Source of the DNA: Octopus vulgaris
Taxonomy: Eukaryota
Reading direction: 5' to 3'
Length of the DNA stretch: 64,000 nucleotides
Assembly (NCBI GenBank): GCA_951406725.2
Contig: OX597835.1
Coordinates: 41,850,001 to 41,914,000, forward strand
The notes under the pieces are model-generated. The model was not told where the DNA came from. It did not search any database and saw nothing but the letters and a program-made list of their open reading frames with translations. The position numbers were made by a program, and so were the translations under genes. Positions 1-12,528 of the stretch are shown here, one piece after another. How positions within the stretch are numbered: the first letter of the stretch is position 1; every line of letters begins with the position of its first letter.

Positions 1-186
1 AGTTTTAAAGTACCCAAAGATTTCCTGTTCACTTGGTATAGAATGACCTTCTTGTTCAGATTTATCTATGGGCACAGAGGTGTGGTTAAGAAGTTTGCTT
101 CTCAACCATGTAGTTTTGTGTTCGTTCCCACAGCATGGTACCTTGGGCAAGTGTCTTCTACTATGGTCTTGGGCCAGCCAAAGCTA

Positions 187-430
187 TCATCATCATCATT
201 TAACGTCCGCTTTCCATGCTAGCATGGGTTGGATGATTTGACTGAGGTCTGGCGAACCAGACTCCAATCTGATCTGGCAGAGTTTCTACAGCTGGATACC
301 CTTCCTAATGCCAACCACTCTGAGAGTGTATTGGGTGCTTTTACATGCCACCGGCACGAGGACCAGTTTGGTGGTACTGGCAACGGCCACACCCAAATGG
401 TGCTTTTTACGTGCCACCTGCACTGGCGAC
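187..430 (-). mobile_element. RTE 3'UTR fragment
   Basis: Homologous to 45950-46214; (TCA)n tail on the plus strand. Confidence 0.75.
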
Positions 431-498
431 GACCTCGCTCGAATATTTCACATGCTGAATTTTGTAGGCAGAAACTTGAAGAAGCCCATTGTGTGTTA

Positions 499-885
499 GG
501 CGCAGGAGTGGCTGTGTGGTAAGTAGCTTGCTAACCAACCACATGGTTCCGGGTTCAGTCCCACTGCGTGGCATCTTGGGCAAGTGTCTTCTGCTATAGC
601 CCCGGGCCGACCAATGCCTTGTGAGTGGATTTGGTAGACGGAAACTGAAAGAAGCCTGTCGTATATATGTATGTGTGTGTGTGTTTGTGTTTGTCCCCCT
701 AGCATTGCTTGACAACAGATGCTGGTGTGTTTACGTCCCCGTCACTTAGCGGTTTGGCAAAAGAGACCGATAGAATAAGTACTGGGCTTACAAAGAATAA
801 GTCCCGGGGTCGATTTGCTCGACTAAAAAAGGCGGTGCTCCAGCATGGCCGCAGTCAAATGACTGAAACAAGTAAAAGAGTAAAC
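499..885 (+). mobile_element. SINE family A (tRNA-like head, CORE-like CTTGGGCAAGT motif, AGTAAAAG tail)
   Basis: A/B-box-like head; more than a dozen homologous copies in the window. Confidence 0.85.
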
Positions 886-1225
886 AATAAAGACAGAGTA
901 GTTGGCTTATATACTCTTTTACTTGTTTCAGTCATTTGACTGTGACCATGCTGGAGCACTGCCTTTAGTTGAGCAAATTGACTAAAGGACTTATTCCTTG
1001 TAAGCCTAGTACTTATTCTATTGAATTCTTTTGCCGAAATGAGTGTGTTCATGGAAATTTGGTTGCTTTTTCTTGTAAATCAACGAACAGCATAGAGGTT
1101 TCATTTTGGTTTATCTCGTGCTTTGTCACAATGATTTAGCAAAATTACCCACAGGCATCATTTATATAAAGAAAATATAAGTCACGCTACAGCTGTCATA
1201 TTTAACATAATGAGGAAACCAAATA

Positions 1226-1518
1226 TCTATATATATATATATATATATGAGAGTATGATAGAGGAAGGCCAACTCTTCCTTCCGTAGAAGAAAAAATTCA
1301 AATCGGACCATGCTAACACCAAAAATTATTTACATCAAAAAGGTGCCTTTTTTCTATGAAAATCCCTATTTTTTACAATGTTTTGACTGCTGTGTCGCCA
1401 TTTTTCGGTGTATTTCACTTAAAAAGAATAACAAGCTACATACTGCCAAATTTTTACTTTTCAAAAATTCCAATTCTAAAGGGTCGAAACAAACCGCAAC
1501 GCCGGGCGATACTGCTAG
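1226..1518 (+). mobile_element. Non-autonomous Helitron-like element
   Basis: A|TCTATATA start, GCAACGCCGGG...CTAG|T end; 3' part shared with 47455-47610. Confidence 0.65.
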
Positions 1519-1747
1519 TATTTAATAATACTTAAGCTGTAAGGAGAATAAAACATTTGTGCAATGGTTAATATTAATTTGACTGAAACCCTCTTAAACA
1601 TAGCATACTAATTAAGGAAGCAGTGCTTTTATGCCTGCACCCAATAAAGTTGAGGGTTTTTCACATATCCTTCTTCTGCACAAGTCACATCCAGCTATGA
1701 TCAAATGATAGTGCAGTGGACGTGTGTGTGTGTCTGTGTGTAATTTT

Positions 1748-2558
1748 ATTCTTGTACTTGTTTGAGTCATTTGACTGTGGCCATACTGGGGCACTGCCGT
1801 AAGGGTTTTTTTAGTCAAAGAAATCAACCCTAGAACCTTATTCTTTGTAAGCTTAGTACTTATTCTATGTCCCTTTTGCTGAACTGCTAGGTTACAGGGA
1901 CGTTAACACACCAACATTGGTTGTTAAGTGATGGCTGGGGGGGGGAAGCAAACATAGACACACAAGCATAAATATATATGTATGTATTTTTCAGTTTCCA
2001 CTCACAAGGCTTTGGTTAGCTTGAGGCTATAGTAGAAGACACTTGCCCAAGGGGCCATGGAGTGTGATTGAACCCAGAACCATGTGGTTGGGAAGCAAGC
2101 TTCATGCCACACAGCTGCGCCTGTGCCCATAAATATATCTTTTATCTTTTACTTGTTTCAGTCATTTGACTGCGGCCATGCTGGGGCACTGCCTTGGAAA
2201 TTTTTTTTAGTTGAATGAACCAACTCCAGCACTTTATTATTTTAGCCTGGTACTTATTCTATTGGTATCTTTTGCTGAACTGCTAAGTTGCAGAGAAACA
2301 AATACACCAACACTGGTTATCAAGTGGTGGTGGTGGTGGTGGTGGGGACAAACACGTGTGCATATTCTTATACTTGTTTGTCCTTTGACTGCAGCCATGC
2401 TGGAGCACTGCCTTTAGTCGAGCAAATTGACCCCAGGACTTATTCTTTGTAAGCCTAGTACTTATTCTATTGGTCTCTTTTGCTGAACCGTTAAGTTACG
2501 GGGACATAAACACACCAGCATTGGATGTCAAGTGATGTTGGGGGGTACAAACACAGAA

Positions 2559-2595
<37 letters not shown>

Positions 2596-2754
2596 ATGGG
2601 TTTCTTTCAGTTTCTGTCTACCAAATCCACTCACAAAGCTTTGGTTGGCCCAAGGTTATATAGAAGGCACTTGCCCAAGGTTCCATGCAGTGGGACTGAA
2701 CCTGGAACCATGTGGTTGGTAAGCAAGGTACTTACCACACAGCTACTCCTACGC
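1748..2754 (-). mobile_element. Cluster of SINE A copies
   Basis: Homology to 499-885. Confidence 0.8.
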
Positions 2755-3046
2755 ATTATTCATTATTTTACATCATTTCATGTCTATTTTCCCATACTTG
2801 CATGATGAAAATATGTTGGGAAAGAGCTTTCTAAGGCTGGATGCCAACCCTCACCCGTTTCCGAGTGAGGCAATAATCTCCCAGTCTACTGAACTGTCTG
2901 AACATGCTTATGCGGAGAACTGGAAACAAACACTGAAATGTGGTGTTTGTGTATAAAGATTACACATGTGAAGACTATATTGGATATTCTTTCATAGTGG
3001 ACTGCAAGTTGTTAGATTGTAAAAATGGTCTTCTCTAAATTTTATT

Positions 3047-3233
3047 AGTGCCAGTGGCACGTAAAAAGCACCCACTACACTCACGGAGTGGTTGGTGTTA
3101 GGAAGGGCATCCAGCTGTAGAAACACTGCCAGATCAGACTGGAGCCTGGTGCAGCCTCCTGGCTTCCCAGACCCCGGTCGAACCATCCAACCCATGCTAG
3201 CATGGAAAGCGGACGTTAAACGATGATGATGAT
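3047..3233 (+). mobile_element. RTE 3'UTR fragment
   Basis: Homologous to 46020-46214. Confidence 0.75.
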
Positions 3234-3374
3234 AGTCCACATTAACACGAAACAAGGTTGAGCCATTGCAGGGTAACCTTGAAAAGAAATCCTACAATGA
3301 CCAACAAAGCAGAGATATCTTCAAGCAAATAACAAGGAAGAAAAAAACGAACATTTTTTACAATTTATAGCTTT

Positions 3375-3513
3375 TTAAAATTCCATTATTTCAGAATCTG
3401 GCTTCAATGGCTGTGTTTCAACATGAACAGTCTTTGGAGCAATATAGGAACCCATACCAGCTGCTCTTTCAGCTTCTGCTTGACTGTAAGGTTCGGTTTT
3501 CAATTCCTTAATT
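3375..3513 (-). CDS. ZNF593: ZNF593 exon 3 ([21 protein letters not shown]...EF*)
   Basis: TTTGCAG acceptor; conserved [15 protein letters not shown] motif; spliced CDS 200+63+139=402 nt, 133 aa. Confidence 0.92.
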
Positions 3514-3734
3514 CTGCAAATAAAATAAAAAAACAAAAGCTTCAATAAAAATATAGTGAGAGACTTCAACTGAGCCCCACCACCACCTTTCCTTATACTA
3601 TCAGTATTCTATTGAAGCAGAAAGTAACCCTGAACCCTTTAAGGGACAACGATTAATAATAAACAATAAATTACTGCTATGCAGAAAACTAAATTCTCTT
3701 AAAAGCAGACTGCACTTTACATTCAGATAACTCC

Positions 3735-4056
3735 GAACATGGCCGTTGCCAGCGTCGCCCGACTGGCCTCTGTGACATAAAAAGCACCATCCGATCGTGG
3801 CTGTTGCCAGCCTCCGTGCCGGTGGCACGTAAAATGCACCATCCGATCATGGCTGTTTTCCAGCCTCGTCTGGCACCTGTGCTGGTGGCACGTAAAAAGC
3901 ACCCACTACACTCTCGGAGCGGTTGGCGTTAGGAAGGGCATCCAGCTGTAGAAACACTGCCAGATCAGACTGGGCCTGGTGCAGCCTCCTGGCTTCCCAG
4001 ACCCCAGTTGAACCGTCCAACCCATGCTAGCATGGAAAGCGGACGCTAAACGATGA
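3735..4056 (+). mobile_element. RTE 3'UTR fragment with internal repeats
   Basis: Homologous to 45890-46200. Confidence 0.75.
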
Positions 4057-4089
4057 AACAATGTCTATTTATTCACTTTGTTTTGGATT

Positions 4090-4250
4090 ATCATCATCAT
4101 TTAACGTCTGTAGTTCATGCTGGCATGGGTTGGATGGTTTGACCGGAGCTGGTAAGTTGAGGAGCTGCACTAGGCTCCAGTCTGATTTGGCATGGTTTCT
4201 ATGGCTGGGTGCCCTTCCTAACACCAAGCACTTTACAGAGTGAGCCCTGC
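4090..4250 (-). mobile_element. RTE 3'UTR fragment contiguous with the 24-bp array
   Basis: TCATCATCATTTAACGTC...GCCCTTCCTAA. Confidence 0.7.
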
Positions 4251-5645
4251 ACAGGTGCTTTTACATCACACCACATGAGTACTTTTATGTGGCACAACAC
4301 GGGGACTTTTATGTGACACTGCACGGGGACTTTTATGTGACACTGCACAGGTACTTTTATGCGACACTGCACGGGTACTTTTATGTGACACTGCACGGGT
4401 ACTTTTATGTGACACTGCACGGGTACTTTTATGTGACACTGCACGGGTACTTTTATGTGACACTGCACAGGTACTTTTATGTGACACTGCACAGGTACTT
4501 TTATGCGACACTGCACGGGTACTTTTATGCAACACTGCACGGGTACTTTTATGTGACACTGCACGGGTACTTTTATGCAACACTGCACGGGTACTTTTAT
4601 GTGACACTGCACGGGTACTTTTATGCAACACTGCACGGGTACTTTTATGTGACACTGCACAGGTGCTTTCACATGACACTGCACAGTTGTTTTTATGTGA
4701 CACTGAACAGGTAATTTTATGTGACACTGCACAGGCACTTTTACGCGACACTGCACGGGTACTTTTATGTGACACTGCACGGGTACTTTTATGTGACACT
4801 GCACAGGTACTTTTATGTGACACTGCACAGGTACTTTTGTGCGACACTGCACGGGTACTTTTATGCAACACTGCACGGGTACTTTTATGTGACACTGCAC
4901 GGGTACTTTTATGCAACACTGCACGGGTACTTTTATGTGACACTGCACGGGTACTTTTATGCAACACTGCACGGGTACTTTTATGTGACACTGCACAGGT
5001 GCTTTCACATGACACTGCACAGTTGTTTTTATGTGACACTGAACAGGTAATTTTATGTGACACTGCACAGGCACTTTTACGCGACACTGCACGGGTACTT
5101 TTATGTGACACTGCACGGGTACTTTTATGTGACACTGCACAGGTACTTTTATGTGACACTGCACAGGTACTTTTGTGCGACACTGCACGGGTACTTTTAT
5201 GCAACACTGCACGGGTACTTTTATGTGACACTGCACGGGTACTTTTATGTGACACTGCACAGGTACTTTTATGCGACACTGCACGGGTACTTTTATGTGA
5301 CACTGCACGGGTACTTTTATGTGACACTGCACGGGTACTTTTATGTGACACTGCACAGGTACTTTTATGTGACACTGCACGGGTACTTTTATGTGACACT
5401 GCACAGGTGCTTTCACATGACACTGCACAGTTGTTTTTATGTGACACTGAACAGGTAATTTTATGTGACACTGCACGTGTACTTTTATGTGACACTGCAC
5501 GGGTACTTTTATGTGACACTGCACAGGTACTTTTATGTGACACTGCACAGGTACTTTTATGCGACACTGCACGGGTACTTTTATGTGACACGGCACAGGC
5601 ACTTTTACGCGACGCCACACAAGTGCTTTTACATGGCATTGCATG
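4250..5645. repeat. 24-bp minisatellite (GGTACTTTTATGTGACACTGCACR), about 58 units
   Basis: Direct reading; 8-residue periodic ORFs in all frames. Confidence 0.97.
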
Positions 5646-6380
5646 GCTTTGAGATTTCAAATGATGTGATTGTTTATTTTTAGAAGGATATTGCAGGGTG
5701 TGTTGAGAGAAGACCAGATTTGGCCAGGTTCAACACAGGAACAGAATACTGGGCCAGATAGGGTGATTTAAATGCTAAAGATCTGTCCTCACTCAAGGTC
5801 TTCACCAACAATATTCAATCAGAAGGGATCTATTGTGTATTAATTCTTCTGCACTCCTTTACTCCTATGGAGAAGAGGCAATTAATAACGATTTTCCCAC
5901 AATTCTCTTTCCTAGCAGCTCCCTTTCACATTTTGCTGCACCACACCATATGTTTCCCCGAGGAAAGATTTTCCTCCTAATTATTCTTGGTTTTGATTGC
6001 CATCAATGCTTCTGTAACATTCAAGGGAGAGGTGTTGGCACTATGCAAATCCATTTTTACCTCTGGGTAGAGTGGTCCATATAAGTCTAGTGACCTGTCC
6101 AGATGGGAGGCCCCTACCAGGAACTTGCACTCCAGTGGCATAGCAAGCAACAACACTGCAACAAGGACAGGACCTTGTGGTAGATTATGAATTGTTTAGT
6201 TCATATGAATTCAAATCTACAATGAAATGAGATAGACGAATCTACGTCCCACATTTATGAAGAGCTAATGAATCTGTAAATTGTGGGCTCAGCAGTAAAA
6301 GCCCCTCATGACAATACAAGTAAGTAAACACAGGGAGTTAAAACACAAAACTGACATTGCAAAAGGCAAAAAGTACTGTT

Positions 6381-6793
6381 GGATCTTTTCGGTTTGAACG
6401 GCAGTTTTTTAACATAATTTCCGCGTAACTAAACACTTTTAAACTTCGTTTACTGGTAGAATGTGTTTATAAAACATCTTTTTCTCTTGGCTTTCTTGAG
6501 AAAATTCTATGGTTTGTAAGATATCTGTTGTTTTTTTTTTCTTCAATTTCTGCTATTTCAACCAATCAATGACGTCTATTGAGGTGAAAGCATTCTGTGT
6601 CGTATGAATATGTCCCTCGTTTAAGAAACAGATTGGGTTTATTTACATTTGTGAAGAAAAAAAGATACCCTTCCCCCCACCCCTAATCCTAAAACAGATT
6701 GAAATGCAATAGATCGATACTAGGGTCATAATTATGGGTGACAATTTCATATGACACCGCTAGAAAAAACTGCCGTTCAAACCGAAAGGATCC
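6381..6793 (+). mobile_element. Merlin-like MITE (TIR GGATCTTTTCGGTTTGAACGGCAGTTTTT)
   Basis: About 28-bp TIRs; 8-bp TSD GTACTGTT/GTACCGTT; superfamily inferred from GG..CC ends and 8-bp TSD. Confidence 0.85.
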
Positions 6794-7176
6794 GTACCGT
6801 TTCAAGTTTTAATTTTTCCCGTTTTTCCTTATCTTTTATTGTTTCTGAAACACTCATAAACGGTTTGTGCCAGACTTCAAACCTACAGCGTTAAACGAAG
6901 TAACGGCCACGAACCAACAAAATGCAAATTAATCTTGTAACTTTTATCTCCCTCAGACAACAAAACAAAGTCAACTCGTTCGAATTCCTCCCCACCACCC
7001 AACACTCACACACACATCACGAATTAAATAAATTTCCTATCACGCCGTTTAAAAGTACATGCGAGGTTAAATTTAAGGGAGGTAACTCTGCGAAACCAGT
7101 TGTAAGCGCTAGCTGAAGATTTTTATTCACTTCGTCCCTTCTGTTACTCGACTTCTGTTGAAATACACGTGCTTTC

Positions 7177-7583
7177 GGATCTTTTCGGTTTGAACGGCAG
7201 TTTTTTAAAATAATTTCCACGTAACTAAACACTTTTAAACTTCGTATACTGGTAGAATGTGTTTATAAAACATCTTTTTCTCTTGGCTTTCTTGAGAAAA
7301 TTCTATAGTTTGTAAGATATTTGTTGTTTTTTTTTCTTCAATTTCTGCAATTTCAACCAATCACTGACGTCTATTGAGGTAAAAAACATTCTGTGCCGTA
7401 TGAATATGTCCCTCGTTTAAGAAACAGATTGGGTTTATTCGCATTTGTGAAGAAAAAAAGATACCCTTCCCCCTAACTCTAAAACAGATTGAAATGCAAT
7501 AGATCGATACTAGGGACATAATTATGGGTGACAATTTCATATGACACCACTAGAAAAAACTGCCGTTCAAACCGAAAAGATCC
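7177..7583 (+). mobile_element. Merlin-like MITE
   Basis: Same TIRs; TSD GTGCTTTC/GTGCTTTG. Confidence 0.85.
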
Positions 7584-8209
7584 GTGCTTTGTTTCAACTA
7601 ATTTTGAAATAATGTATTTAGTAAAATAATTTTGTCATTATTAAGCTGGTATTCAGAACAAAATAGCATGGAAGGTTTTAATTTACTTTCCTTTAAAACG
7701 GGAAGTTTGCATCATAGAACCAGTTTCAAGTGGGTTTATATCCAAACGGTTAAATATACGATCAGATATCTTTTCATTCACCAATGAGTTACCATTATCA
7801 CAGATTTGTTTAAACAGGTCTGACTCGTTTGAATGCTTTGTTTAAGAACAAAATTTTAAATTTGCTTCCTCCATCTAAGCTGACTGAAATATTCCATTCC
7901 CATGTAGTAAAAAGTTTTGGCAAGAGCTGAATGAGTGAACCCCAGTATATTACAGGTACTTATTTCTTTGAACAGATGATAGGCTAAACTCCACTAGAAT
8001 ATGAATTCATAAAAAAGCTGAATCAAACTAAATAGTGTTCTATATTTAAGAGATGAGGAATTATGTATATTATTTACATTTGACGGATATTTGTCCTCAT
8101 CTTGTTTGAAGAGTACATTGATATATATAATTAATTAATTTAATCTAATTCAATTCAATCATGAATTTGCATTATTTTTATATCTCTGTATGAAACGATC
8201 GTTTGCATG

Positions 8210-8690
8210 AATTAAAACTCTCTTATATATTTTAAAACTTGTCTTCTCTATTTTTAACTAAATTGGTGAGTTTTAGGGAATTTCTTTCCATAAATTCACC
8301 ACACATCATATACTAGTATTATTTTCATATTCGCAAAATTATGCCTGTAAACTACCAGCAAAATCTGAAGAATCAACATTAGATGTCTTTTGTGGAAATA
8401 CAGTTCTATATTTAAGAGATGAGGAATTATTTACATTATTTACATTCGATGGATATTTGTCCTCGTCTTGTTTGTTGTTAACACAGTTTTTCGGCTGATA
8501 TACCCTCCAGCCTTCATCAGGTGTCTTGGGGAAATTTCAAACCTGGGTTCTCATTCCTAAGGTATTTTTCGATGTTGTTATTATTGACTGCCTGGAATCA
8601 AACTTGGAATCTTAGGGTTAGTAGCCCACGCTCTTAACCACTACACTATATGCCAGTGAGCTATTTTGGAGTGAATTAGGGTTAGGAGAA
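8210..8690 (-). mobile_element. Penelope-like terminal repeat plus downstream extension, with hammerhead motif
   Basis: Reverse-complement match to 40150-40525; CTGATGA-stem-GAAA at 8520-8489. Confidence 0.6.
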
Positions 8691-8699
8691 TATTAGATT

Positions 8700-8955
8700 T
8701 ATAAACCCGAAAATTCACTCCATAATTGCCCACGGGCATATGGTGTAGTGGTTAAGAATGCGGGTTACTAACCCCAAGATCCCGAGTTCAATTCCAGGCA
8801 GTGACCTGGATAATAATAATAATAATAATAACAGCATCAAAAAATATCTTAGGAATGAGAACCCAGGTTCGAAATTTCCCCCCAAGACACCCGAAACGTT
8901 GTGTTAACAACAAACAAGATGAGGACAAATATCCATCAATTGTAAATAATGTAAA
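8700..8955 (+). mobile_element. Inverted second copy of the Penelope-like repeat, hammerhead core deleted
   Basis: Reverse complement of 8430-8690; reads AAGACAC-CCGAAACGTTGTG. Confidence 0.6.
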
Positions 8956-9430
8956 CTAAGTATTGCTTCCAAATTTTGGGCACAAGGCCAGCAATTTCAG
9001 GGGAGGGTGTAAATTGATTATATCAACCCCAGTGTGCAACTGGTACTTATTTTATCGACCCCCTAAAGGATGTCAGGCAAAGTCAACCTTGGCAGAATTT
9101 GAACACAGAACGTAAGGACAGACGAAATGCTGCTAAGCATTTTGCCTGGCATGCTAACAACTCTGCCAGCTTGCCACCTCAGAATTAAACTAAATACTGT
9201 AACATTTTTTGGTCTGGTATGTTACTGTAGCAACACATTATCCTCAAAGTATATCTAAAACACAACATCCATAGAATGATTTCAACAAAGACCTGCGGTT
9301 TAAAATCTCAAATCGCCAAGATTTACAGTAAAAGAAGTAATGAACATCATCATAAAGTGTGAATTGGGTCATTAATCTGGATGTGATAGCAACTTCCTGT
9401 AAATACCCTTAGATCATCATCACTGTTTAA

Positions 9431-9801
9431 TACTCTTTTACTTGTTTCAGTCATTTGACTGCGGCCATGCTGGAGCACTGCCTTTTAGTCAAGCAAATCG
9501 ACCCCGGGACTTATTCTTTGTAAGCCCAGTACTTATTCTATCGGTCTCTTTTGCCGAACCGCTAAGTGATGGTGACGTAAACACACCAGCATCAGTTGTC
9601 AAGCAATGCTAAGGGGGACAAACACAGACACACATATATACGACGAGCGTCTTTCAGTTTCCGTCTACCAAATCCACTCACAAGGCTTTGGTCGGCCCGA
9701 GGCTATAGTAGAAGACACTTGCCCAAGGTGCCACGCAATGGGATTGAACCCGGAAGCATGTGGTTGATAAGCAAGCTACTTACCACACAGCCACTCCTGC
9801 G
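9431..9801 (-). mobile_element. SINE A
   Basis: Homology to 499-885. Confidence 0.85.
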
Positions 9802-10350
9802 TTTAATGTCCACTTTTCCATACTTGCACGGGTCAGATGGAATTTACTGAAGTAGATTTTCTACAGCCAGATGCCCTTCCTGGTGCCAACTAGGTTTCCA
9901 AGCAAGGAAATATTTCACCATGGCTAAACATCATCATTTAACGTCTGTTGTCCATGCTGGCATGGGTTGGACGGTTTGACCAGGGCTGGCAAGCTGAGGG
10001 GCTGCACCAGATTCCAGTCTGATTTGGCATGGTTTCTATGGCCGGATGCCCTTCCTAATGCCATGTGGCAGAATGTTGGTCAAGACAAAGAAACACAAAT
10101 ATACACACACATGATGGGATTCTTGCATTTTCCATGCTTGACCAAATTCACTCACAAGGCTTCAGTTGACCTGGGGCTATAGTAGATGACACTTGCCTAA
10201 GGTACCACACAGTGGAACTGAACCAAAAAACAAAGTTTGGAAAGCAAACTTCCATGATTAATTCTACCCCTAATCTTATCCTCACCAACCCCTAAAACTC
10301 ACCTGGAACAGTCATAAATAAACAAACAATACAATAAAACACCAACTGAC

Positions 10351-10413
10351 CTTCGTTTATGGGGTTTGCCCCTAAAATGTTCTTTCAAGGCAAAATTGCT
10401 GATAAAATATTTC
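10351..10413 (-). CDS. ZNF593: ZNF593 exon 2 (S-KYFISNFALKEHFRGKPHKR-R), completes the zinc finger
   Basis: 63-nt exon found by eye, absent from the ORF track; TTTACAG acceptor and GTCAGT donor; phase matches exons 1 and 3. Confidence 0.92.
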
Positions 10414-10770
10414 CTGTAAAAGACAAAAACAGGGAACATGGGATAAAATTCTTAATTCATTCTTTTCTTGGTATTCAACCAATTAAACAATAAATTTCAA
10501 ATTAAACAAGCATGTATGGCCAAATTGATAGGGAAGTGGACGAAACAGTTGAAACATCACTACTGCACATGGTGGCCGCGAGACAGTATTATATCCAGAG
10601 TCAAGACAAACTCCTGAGTGACAGATTCCATGGTCAAATCTGACAAAACAAACACATTTATGATCAAAGATCATTCTAGCCTTGATCGTACCATCTTTTC
10701 TCCTGGAATAGTGTACCGTGGACGACATCTTCAAATGTGTCTTTTCATAATGAAGTAGGGTGTGGTTTAA

Positions 10771-10992
10771 CCCTTTAGTGTTCACATTATTCTGCCAAAA
10801 TTAATCCTTTTTTTATCCACATTGTTTTGAACTAATCATGAATTATCTTGTAGCTATGAGATTATGATGAGGTAGCTGTTAATTTTTAAAATGATATTGT
10901 AGGGTTAATGTGAGAGACCAGATCTGGCCAGTTTGAACATAAAACAGGCAGAATACTTCTGGCCGGATATGGCCGGTTTAAATGCTAAAGGG
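10771..10992. mobile_element. piggyBac-like MITE, second family
   Basis: TTAA|CCCTTTAG...CTAAAGGG|TTAA; decayed copies at ~5650-5780, ~30890-31080 and ~31120-31550. Confidence 0.75.
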
Positions 10993-11807
10993 TTAAAGGA
11001 AACTTGACTGTTATTTCTAGCGATTCAAACAACCCCACAAAGGCAGCTTCATTGGCTTGAGATAGCAGTAAGTAGATTCCAGAGAATAGGAGCAACTTTT
11101 TTTTTGTTGCAAGCAGTGGCAGTACTGTAAAAGTGATGAGTGTTTTCTTCCTTTGAAATTCTGAATTTTCTATCTCCTTTGAAAATATGGCCAGAATAAT
11201 TAACACCCGTCTCTTATATAAAAGTCACAAGACTCTTCCTATAACACTGGTTTAAATTCAAGATTTAGTTAATTATGGAAAATGAGCCTTTGTGTCCTGA
11301 GTTCAAATCCTGTCCAGGGTACATTTTGGTTTCATTCACTGAAGGTCAACATAATTGACTAAGCCTTAGGAGGAGCTCCAGCACGGCCACAGTCTGATGA
11401 CTGAAACCAATGAAAGAAATCCAAATGGCTCAACTGCTGCTACTCTCTCAATTTCACACCTGAACAACTCACCTCAAAGAAACCAGGTAAACTCCCAGAC
11501 AGGTTCCATATATTTTATTTAATTATACAATAAAAAGACGTATTTTGTTGGATATAGACTTCCGATGGATTTATTGTATTTCTGAGAGTGAGGGTAGCAA
11601 GAGATTGTTTATCTTACCTTGGCAGGACAATTACTACACGGGGTATTTTTCTTTCAATGCACCGGGTTTGGGAGTTTTCCAGCAAATCTTTTGCTTAAAG
11701 CAGGGTCTAACCTTACTATGGGTACCATGTAACTCAGAACAGCTAGTCCTAATGTCAAATACTCAATAACTAAGCAGTGCCTCCCGAATTTATAGGTGAG
11801 AACTACA

Positions 11808-12184
11808 GAATCTTTCACTTTGACCGGCAGATTTTTAAAATAATTTCTTTGTAACTAAACACTTTTAAACTTCGTATACTGGTAGAATGTGTTACATAAT
11901 ATATCTTTTTCTCTTGGCTTTCTTGAGAAAATTCTGTAGTTTGTAAGCTATTTGTTGTTTAATTTCTTGCATTTCGGCAATTTCAACCAATCAATGACAT
12001 CTCTTGAGGTGAATACAATTTCTCCAGATCTTTGTCAGCAACAATTATTTGCAGTGTGATATGAATCTGTCACTGTTATTTATGAGAAAAAAAGATACCC
12101 TGTGGCCATAAACTGAGGGGTCTCTCGTAAACAAAGTTACAAAGAAATTATTTTTAAAATCTGCCGGTCAAAGCGAAGAGATCC
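11808..12184 (+). mobile_element. Divergent subfamily of the same MITE
   Basis: TIR ...CTTTGACCGGCAGATTTT; shared internal sequence. Confidence 0.7.
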
Positions 12185-12528
12185 GAGAAGGGTGTTTGGA
12201 TTAAGAATAAAACGTGTCAAAGGGTAGATGAGTCTATTCTCGTTAAGAAGCCAATACCCTATTATTACAGCCTGTATAGACACACTATATATTCTTTTAG
12301 TTTTCATATTCTTTAGTTTTTAATCATGTGTGTGTGTGTATACACACTGATACAAATAGATATTATATATGTGTTTATGTGTGATATATTCTTTTACTAG
12401 TTTTTAGTTTTTGGACAGCATCCATAGTAGGTACATCATTCAGGTATATATATATATATGTATGTATGTATATATATATGTCTGTATATGTGTGTATATA
12501 ATGTGTGTATGTATGTGTGCATGTGTAT

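Noticed and set aside
407-939. Recurrent small ORFs such as ...RRHLPKVPRSGTEPGTMWLVSKLLTTQPLL
   Set aside because: The same peptide recurs at many loci because it is a translation of SINE A.
4199-5683. Long ORFs (481, 464, 329 aa) and a CRISPR-like appearance
   Set aside because: These are by-products of a stop-free 24-bp tandem repeat. There are no unique spacers or cas genes, and the array lies in a eukaryotic intron.
8735-8810. tRNA gene candidates (also SINE heads at 499, 17150, 39784 and 46233)
   Set aside because: A/B-box-like motifs are present, but I could not fold a complete cloverleaf and each continues into repeat body.
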